Source: Deltaproteobacteria bacterium
GTDB taxonomy: Bacteria > Desulfobacterota > Desulfobaccia > Desulfobaccales > 0-14-0-80-60-11
DNA: 64,000 bases
Direction: 5' to 3'
NCBI GenBank assembly: GCA_016875015.1
Contig: VGSJ01000004.1
Coordinates: forward strand, 4,084-68,083
Positions within the stretch are counted from its first letter, which is position 1. Each line of letters opens with the position of its first letter. The notes under the pieces were generated by a model, which saw only the letters and a list, made by a program, of their open reading frames with translations, was not told where the DNA came from and ran no database searches. The position numbers were made by a program, and so were the translations under genes. Below are positions 58,820 through 64,000 of the stretch, in pieces.

Positions 58820-60190
58820 ATGACGCAGGAGATGACCAGTCCGGGGCCAGAGCCGGTTTCCCTGATTATCCAGGGCGCCTGGGTGTTGACCATGAACCGG
58901 GAGCGCGAGGTATTCTCCCCCGGGGCGGTGGCCCTCAAAGGCGCGGAGATTGTCGCGGTGGGTCCTCCGGCGGAGCTTCACAAGCGCTACGCCCCGGCCC
59001 AGGTGCTGGATTACCCCCAGGGGCTGATCCTCCCCGGCCTCATTAATGCCCACACCCATGCGGCCATGTCCCTGTTCCGCGGCCTGGCCGACGACCTGCC
59101 CCTGGAAGAATGGCTCAATAATTATATTTTTCCCGCGGAGAGCCGTCTCAACGGCGATTTCGTCTATTGGGGCACGAAGCTGGCGGTGGCCGAGATGTTG
59201 CTTTCCGGCACCACCACCTTCGCCGACATGTATCTCTTTGCCGACCACGTGGCCCGGGCCGCATCCGAGACCGGCATCCGGGCGGTGGTGGGCGAGGTGC
59301 TCTACGACTTTCCGTCGCCCAACTACGGCCCCCCCGAGGCGGGCCTGCAGTTCAGCGAGGACCTCTGCCGCGCTTGGCAGGACCACCCCTTGATCCGGGT
59401 GGCCATCCAGCCTCATGCGGTCTATACCTGCTCCCCCGGGTTATTGCAGCAGTGCGGCGAGTTGGCGGCCAAATACCACACCCGGCTCATCGTGCATCTC
59501 TCCGAAACCCCCCGGGAAGTGGAGGATTGCCAGGCCCGCTACGGCGCCTCGCCGGTGGCCCACCTCCACCGGTTGGGGCTGCTCAACCACCGGCTGGTGG
59601 CGGATCATGCGGTGGTCCTCTCCGTCGCCGATAAAGAGCTGCTGGCGGCCAGCGGGGCCGGGGTAGTCCACTGTCCGGAGTCCAACATGAAGCTGGCTTC
59701 CGGGATCGCGCCGGTGGCCGACCTCTTGCGCCGGGGGATACCGGTGGGGCTGGGGACGGACGGCTGCGCCTCCAACAACAACCTGGACCTTATTCAGGAG
59801 ATGGATACCGCCGCCAAGCTCCAGAAGGTGCACTGCATGGACCCCACCGTCCTGCCGGCGCCCACGGCCTTGTCGCTGGCCACTTGGGGCGGCGCCCGGG
59901 TCCTGGGGTTGGAAAACGAGGTGGGGACTTTGACCCCGGGTCTGAAAGGCGACCTGATCGTCATCGATCTGGATCAGCCCCATCTCACCCCCCTGTATGA
60001 CCCCTATTCCCACCTGGTTTACGCCGCCACCGGCGCCGATGTCCAGACGGTCCTGGTGAACGGCCGGGTCGTGGTGCAAAATCGGCGCCTCCTCTCCTTT
60101 GACCTGGCGGAGACCCTGGCCCGGGCCCGGGAATTGGCCGGAGGTTTGTTGGCCAAAAAGGTCGGCAACCTGGCGTCTCGTCCGGGATAA
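58820..60190 (+). CDS. mtaD: Amidohydrolase, 5-methylthioadenosine/S-adenosylhomocysteine deaminase-like
   Basis: PGLINAHTHAAMS, HLSET, GTDG and the overall MtaD pattern. 456 aa. Confidence 0.8.
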   Translation: MTQEMTSPGPEPVSLIIQGAWVLTMNREREVFSPGAVALKGAEIVAVGPPAELHKRYAPAQVLDYPQGLILPGLINAHTHAAMSLFRGLADDLPLEEWLNNYIFPAESRLNGDFVYWGTKLAVAEMLLSGTTTFADMYLFADHVARAASETGIRAVVGEVLYDFPSPNYGPPEAGLQFSEDLCRAWQDHPLIRVAIQPHAVYTCSPGLLQQCGELAAKYHTRLIVHLSETPREVEDCQARYGASPVAHLHRLGLLNHRLVADHAVVLSVADKELLAASGAGVVHCPESNMKLASGIAPVADLLRRGIPVGLGTDGCASNNNLDLIQEMDTAAKLQKVHCMDPTVLPAPTALSLATWGGARVLGLENEVGTLTPGLKGDLIVIDLDQPHLTPLYDPYSHLVYAATGADVQTVLVNGRVVVQNRRLLSFDLAETLARARELAGGLLAKKVGNLASRPG

Positions 60191-60394
60191 GGCGACCGGC
60201 GCCGGTTCCCCGGGCGAAGGCGGCCCTCGCTGCCACCCAAGCAGACCGGCCGCGCTTGAGCCCGCGGCGGCACGTTCCCGGCTATTTCCCAACATTCTTG
60301 AGAAAAAACCGCGTCTTGCCGATAAGTCTATCGTCAGGCCGGGTAGGGCGGGGTGACCCCCGTTAGACCAATGAGCAATCAAAAGACTATTTTT

Positions 60395-60473
60395 GTCATT
60401 CTGAGCGCAGCGAAGAATCTCTCCTTTAAAGCCGCCGAGATTCTTCACTCCGCTGCGCTCCGTTCAGAATGAC
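60395..60473. repeat. Imperfect inverted repeat (GTCATTCTGAGCGCAGCGAAGAATCTC type)
   Basis: The left arm 60395-60421 pairs with the right arm 60437-60473 (gagattcttcactccgctgcgctccgttcagaatgac). A half-copy is at 40761-40788. Confidence 0.7.
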
Positions 60474-60609
60474 ATGAATTTTCATAGTTTTTTGACTGCA
60501 ACTTCGTATTACCTGGCCTGGCGATTCCTCCCGGGGCAAGCCTCGGGAGAACTGCGAATTAAGCGGCGGGCAGAAGCGAAGGGACGCCTCTGCCGCAATG
60601 AGGGCGCCC

Positions 60610-60939
60610 ATGAGTGTTAAGGTCATCAGCCGGAGAATTGATGCCCGCAAGGTTACCATCAAGATGGTGGATGGCTCCCTGGTCCAGGGGAAGGTCAACG
60701 TATATCATAACGAAGAGGTGGTCCAGCGGGTGAGCGACATCTTCACCAAGCTCACCGATCCCTTCATCGTGGTGTTTGATGCCACCGCGGAGGGCAAAAG
60801 CGGGCGGGTCTTGATCTTGAATAAACGCAACATTGCCTGGGTATCGCCGGAGGATGGCTTGCCGGCCCCGCCGCCCCAGCCGGATGAGGCGCCCGCAGAG
60901 TCCCGAGGCTCCTTGATGGACCGTCTGCGTAAGTCATAG
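60610..60939 (+). CDS. Hypothetical small protein
   Basis: 109 aa from ATG 60610. KVTIKMVDGSLVQGKVNV...FIVVFDA...VLILNKRNIAWVSPED followed by a Pro-rich tail. I recognise no family. Confidence 0.4.
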   Translation: MSVKVISRRIDARKVTIKMVDGSLVQGKVNVYHNEEVVQRVSDIFTKLTDPFIVVFDATAEGKSGRVLILNKRNIAWVSPEDGLPAPPPQPDEAPAESRGSLMDRLRKS

Positions 60940-61110
60940 GTCTTCCCCCGGTCCGGGCGCGGCCGGATAATCCGCCACTGCCCCAGGGACGATGGCCTGA
61001 TTCCCAATCTTTCTTTGAGACCAGAGCCACCTGCCTGGCTTGCCCGGAAGCGGGGCCGCCGGCCCGCCTCAGGGCTTGCCCCCCGGTTCCGTAAATCCCT
61101 CAGAGCCCGC

Positions 61111-61485
61111 TTAACTTCGGGCAATCAAGAACACCCCCAAGCAGGTAATGCAGATGCCCGCCATGCGGGTGAGGCCCACCGCTTCGCCGAACAAGACCCG
61201 GGCCAGAATGGCGGTGAAGACGTAGCCCAGGCTGATCAAGGGGTAGGCGTAGCTGACTTCCGCCTTGGACAACACGATGAGCCAGACCATGAACCCCAGG
61301 CCATAGCAGAGGAGCCCGAAGAGCACATGGAAATTGGTGGCTGCTTTGAGAAAGACGGGCGGCAAGCTCGACAGGGAGAGATTAAAGTTGCCGATTTTGG
61401 TCATGCCGTATTTTAAAGACAACTGTCCGGTGACATTGAGGAAGACATCCAGTAAGATCAGGAGCAGAACTGCGTATTTGACCAT
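61111..61485 (-). CDS. Small DMT/EamA-type four-TM transporter (ArnE/ArnF-like)
   Basis: 124 aa with four hydrophobic helices. SYAYPLISLGYVFTAILARVLFGE pattern. Confidence 0.6.
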   Translation of the reverse strand: MVKYAVLLLILLDVFLNVTGQLSLKYGMTKIGNFNLSLSSLPPVFLKAATNFHVLFGLLCYGLGFMVWLIVLSKAEVSYAYPLISLGYVFTAILARVLFGEAVGLTRMAGICITCLGVFLIARS

Positions 61486-61701
61486 TTCACCGTCCCTTGA
61501 GAAAATAGGCTCTATCTTTTAGATTCCGATTTTCGGAAAAGTTAAGTCCCGATGCAAGGAAATAAATTTTCCGGGGCCCTTCCGGGCCTTAACTGGGTGC
61601 GCCGCCTACAAAAAGAAAAAGGTTTAGGGAGAGACCTTAAGGAAAATAAGGAACATAAGGAAAATGCTGGGGAACCTTCTCTCCATTTCCATGCCTTCTT
61701 A

Positions 61702-61801
61702 TACCGTGTTCGTTTTGTAGGGGCGGGTTTGAAACCCGCCCCTACGAGAGATATCAATAGGTTATCTGGATGGTTTGTTTCATTTCAAAGGGAACACGGT
61801 A
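61702..61801 (+). mobile_element. 100-bp MITE, copy 3
   Basis: Flanked by TTA (61699-61701) and TTA (61802-61804). It ends 11 nt before the SGNH hydrolase ATG. Confidence 0.85.
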
Positions 61802-61812
61802 TTAAAGCCAAA

Positions 61813-62922
61813 ATGAAACCTCATAGCCTCTTGAAAAACCTAGGAGTACTTCTCGCGGGCTGCCTGGTGGCTCTCATAGTGCTGGAAGTGCTGCTCCGGG
61901 CCTACAACCCCCTGGAAATCCGCTTCCGGCCCGACCGGATCGTCTTGCCGGTCAACAAACGCTACGTCATCGATAACGCCGGCAAGTTTACCAAGCTGCC
62001 CCCCGCCACCCTCCATACCAAGAACCGCCTGGGCTTCCGGGGCCAGGCGCCTCCCCGGGATTTCCGGGACTGCCTGACCATTATCACCATCGGCGGCAGC
62101 ACCACGGAGTGTTTCTACCTCTCCGACGGCCGGACCTGGCCGGACCTCCTGGGGGAAAACCTCTCCCGCGACTTTAACCGGGTGTGGGTCAACAACGCCG
62201 GCCTGGATGGCGCCACCACCTACCGGCACCTCATCCTGATGGAGGATTATGTCGTGACCTTGCGGCCCAAGGTGGTGTTGTTCCTGATCGGCATCAATGA
62301 CGTGGGCGCGGGGAACCTCGAGGCGGCCGCCACGCCTCCGGAGCATTATCTGAGGCGCAGGTGGCGCGCCCTCTTGTATCGCAGCGAGGTCTATGCCCTG
62401 GGGCAGAATCTCTCTCGCTACTTCCTGGCCCAGAGCCGGGGCTTGCACCACACGCAGGTTGACTTGAGGACCGCCGGGACGCTGGATCAGCCGTCCGGCG
62501 CCGCGTCCAGGATGTGGCGGGATTACGAGACCGGCTCCCTGCCCTTTTTTGCCGCACGGCTGGAGAAGCTCGTCAAGGTCTGCCGGGACCACGGGATCGA
62601 GCCGGTCCTGATCACCCAGCCGACCCTCTACGGGCCGGGCGTCGATCCGGTCACCGGCGTGGACCTGGAGGCGATGAAGGTAGGGGCCCACAACGGCAGG
62701 TTCATGTTCCAGGTCATAGACCTCTACAACGGGGTGACCCGGCAGGTGGCCCAAACCAACGGGGTGCTCTTAATCGACCTGGCCCGGGACCTGCCCCGGG
62801 ACTCCGCCTTGTACTACGACTATCTCCACTATACCGAACCCGGGGCCGCGGCGGTGGCCGGGATCGTCGCCCGGCGCCTGAAGCCTTTTCTGGCTGCCGG
62901 ATATCCATCCTTCAAGAAATAG
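61813..62922 (+). CDS. SGNH/GDSL-family hydrolase with an N-terminal membrane anchor
   Basis: TM LGVLLAGCLVALIVL. Block I IITIGGSTTE, block III NAGLDG, and a late DYLHYT (DxxH). The ORF-track start 61552 reads through the MITE and is an artefact. Confidence 0.75.
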   Translation: MKPHSLLKNLGVLLAGCLVALIVLEVLLRAYNPLEIRFRPDRIVLPVNKRYVIDNAGKFTKLPPATLHTKNRLGFRGQAPPRDFRDCLTIITIGGSTTECFYLSDGRTWPDLLGENLSRDFNRVWVNNAGLDGATTYRHLILMEDYVVTLRPKVVLFLIGINDVGAGNLEAAATPPEHYLRRRWRALLYRSEVYALGQNLSRYFLAQSRGLHHTQVDLRTAGTLDQPSGAASRMWRDYETGSLPFFAARLEKLVKVCRDHGIEPVLITQPTLYGPGVDPVTGVDLEAMKVGAHNGRFMFQVIDLYNGVTRQVAQTNGVLLIDLARDLPRDSALYYDYLHYTEPGAAAVAGIVARRLKPFLAAGYPSFKK

Positions 62923-62997
62923 TAAAATTGTAGTGCCGGGGGTTGGGAGGGGGAGTTTGAGGGGAGGGTGGGGGACCCTTACGAAAAAGCGAATATC

Positions 62998-64000
62998 TCA
63001 GTTGTTACTCATCAGCCCCAGGTTCTGGGGTTTGTTGACCTGGTCCGTTTTTTTCAACTTGATGAACTTGTCTCTCAATCTATGGTTGACTGACAAATCC
63101 GGAGAACCTAACCCAACCTTGATCAAATAGGTATTGACGAATATTTTATTTTTTAAGTAAACATAAGCGCTAATCAAGTCATTATCCATAACCTGATCGT
63201 CTTTTAGCAGGACATGCTTTCCCAGAATCCGGCTCCGTAAATAAGTAATGGTCTCGGGTTTTTTGTCTATCTGCACTCCTAAAAACCTGACGTTGAGGCC
63301 GGTATCTATTTCGATGGTGTTCGCATCAATAACTTTGGTTACTTTATGCAGGTCGGCCGGCTTTGACTGAAGGCCGTGGGCCTCCGGCCGGGCCTCGGCA
63401 TTGCGAATTGCCGGGGTATAATCGATTTTCGGGAGTTCCTCAATTCTTTTGTCCGCCTTAAGTATTTGTATTTCGCTATAAAACGGTAAGCGATCACTGC
63501 CCCCAGTTTTTTTAGGGATAGCCTCCAGAAAAACCGGGTTAATCTCGTAGCCCACGGCATTCCGGGCCGCTTCCAGGGCGACCTTGACGGTGGTGCCGCT
63601 GCCCAGGAAGGGGTCCAGCACGGTATCGCCCACGAAAGTAAACATTTTTATGAGGCGCCGGGGCAGCTCCTCGGGAAACATGGCCTCATGCCCCACCTGC
63701 CGGACCCCGCCGAAATACCAGTGCCCCGCGAAATACTCCTTCCACTCCTCCTTGGTCAGTCGAGAAGCTTCCTTGATTTCCCGCGAAACTTTTCTGCTCG
63801 GGCCCGGCTTTTTAAAGATGAGGATGAACTCGTAGTCGATTTCCACGATGCCGTTGGGGGGAAACGGGTAGGAGCCCATAACGACCGCGCCGCCGGTGGG
63901 GTTCATGGTGGTTTTTTTCTGCCAGATAATGGCGCCCAGGACGTCGAAGCCGATATGCTCACACTGGTTGATAAGCTCGGCGTGCAGGGGGATGACCTTG
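62998..64000 (-). CDS. DNA methyltransferase (N4/N6 MTase, PF01555-like) with a C-terminal SNase/OB-like extension. The 5' end lies outside the window.
   Basis: FPEELPRRLIKMFTFVGDTVLDPFLGSGTTVKVA (motif I region). The reading frame stays open upstream of 63906 to the window edge (KVIPLHAELINQCEHIGFDVLGAIIWQKKTT). C-terminus VTKVIDANTIEIDTGLNVRFLGV...AYVYLKNKIFVNTYLIKVGLG. Confidence 0.8.
   Translation of the reverse strand, partial: KVIPLHAELINQCEHIGFDVLGAIIWQKKTTMNPTGGAVVMGSYPFPPNGIVEIDYEFILIFKKPGPSRKVSREIKEASRLTKEEWKEYFAGHWYFGGVRQVGHEAMFPEELPRRLIKMFTFVGDTVLDPFLGSGTTVKVALEAARNAVGYEINPVFLEAIPKKTGGSDRLPFYSEIQILKADKRIEELPKIDYTPAIRNAEARPEAHGLQSKPADLHKVTKVIDANTIEIDTGLNVRFLGVQIDKKPETITYLRSRILGKHVLLKDDQVMDNDLISAYVYLKNKIFVNTYLIKVGLGSPDLSVNHRLRDKFIKLKKTDQVNKPQNLGLMSNN

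Noticed and set aside
57612-60448. Long minus-strand ORFs (57612-58817 and 59441-60448) opposite the transglycosylase and mtaD genes
   Set aside because: The plus-strand genes have diagnostic motifs (AESDL/AYNAGEG and HTHAAMS). The antisense ORFs are high-GC artefacts.
61552-61812. N-terminal 87-codon extension of the SGNH hydrolase ORF
   Set aside because: The extension is translated MITE and upstream spacer. The protein's membrane anchor begins right after ATG 61813.

Overview
This is a 64-kb chromosomal window from a high-GC anaerobe. Gene content looks Desulfobacterota/deltaproteobacteria-like: selB, yedF, a DUF362 ferredoxin, a rubrerythrin-like protein, MauE/rhodanese, and queA-tgt-yajC. 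This taxon call is inference only.

I count about 55 credible protein genes plus one tRNA-Lys(UUU), mostly housekeeping: dinB, pyrC-pyrB, hsp20, tmk, queA-tgt-yajC followed by a dynamin-like GTPase, lolA, nadA, ligA, acyP, a galT-glgA-GAF kinase-response regulator operon, hisA, a fused radical-SAM protein next to rng, selB, tatC, plsB, an MlaEFD/PqiC-like transporter, sodC, msbA, yedF-rhodanese-MauE, a lytic transglycosylase and mtaD.

The unusual content is mostly non-coding or accessory:
- Three near-identical copies of a 100-bp MITE with 3-bp TWA duplications. One sits on a stop codon, one in the loop of a REP hairpin, and one 11 nt upstream of a start codon.
- At least five families of REP-like palindromes fill almost every intergenic gap and contribute some protein C-termini.
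- An internally deleted IS630-type element whose end resembles the MITE end, plus an IS3 orfA/IRL relic. Together they bracket a lower-GC mscS-fragment/Mla island.
- A diverged duplicate of the pyrC 3' end bounds a 1.1-kb islet (DUF559, DUF1841-like).
- An AT-rich SEC-C-motif orphan lies between inverted heptamer tracts, beside a duplicated selB 5' end.
- A two-module toxin-antitoxin islet.
- A DNA methyltransferase with an SNase-like tail runs off the right edge.

I found no rRNA, CRISPR array, prophage, or clear multi-gene defence system. No single locus convinced me that it is a new system; the best candidates are listed as findings with tests.

All family calls come from motif recognition by eye. 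No searches were run.
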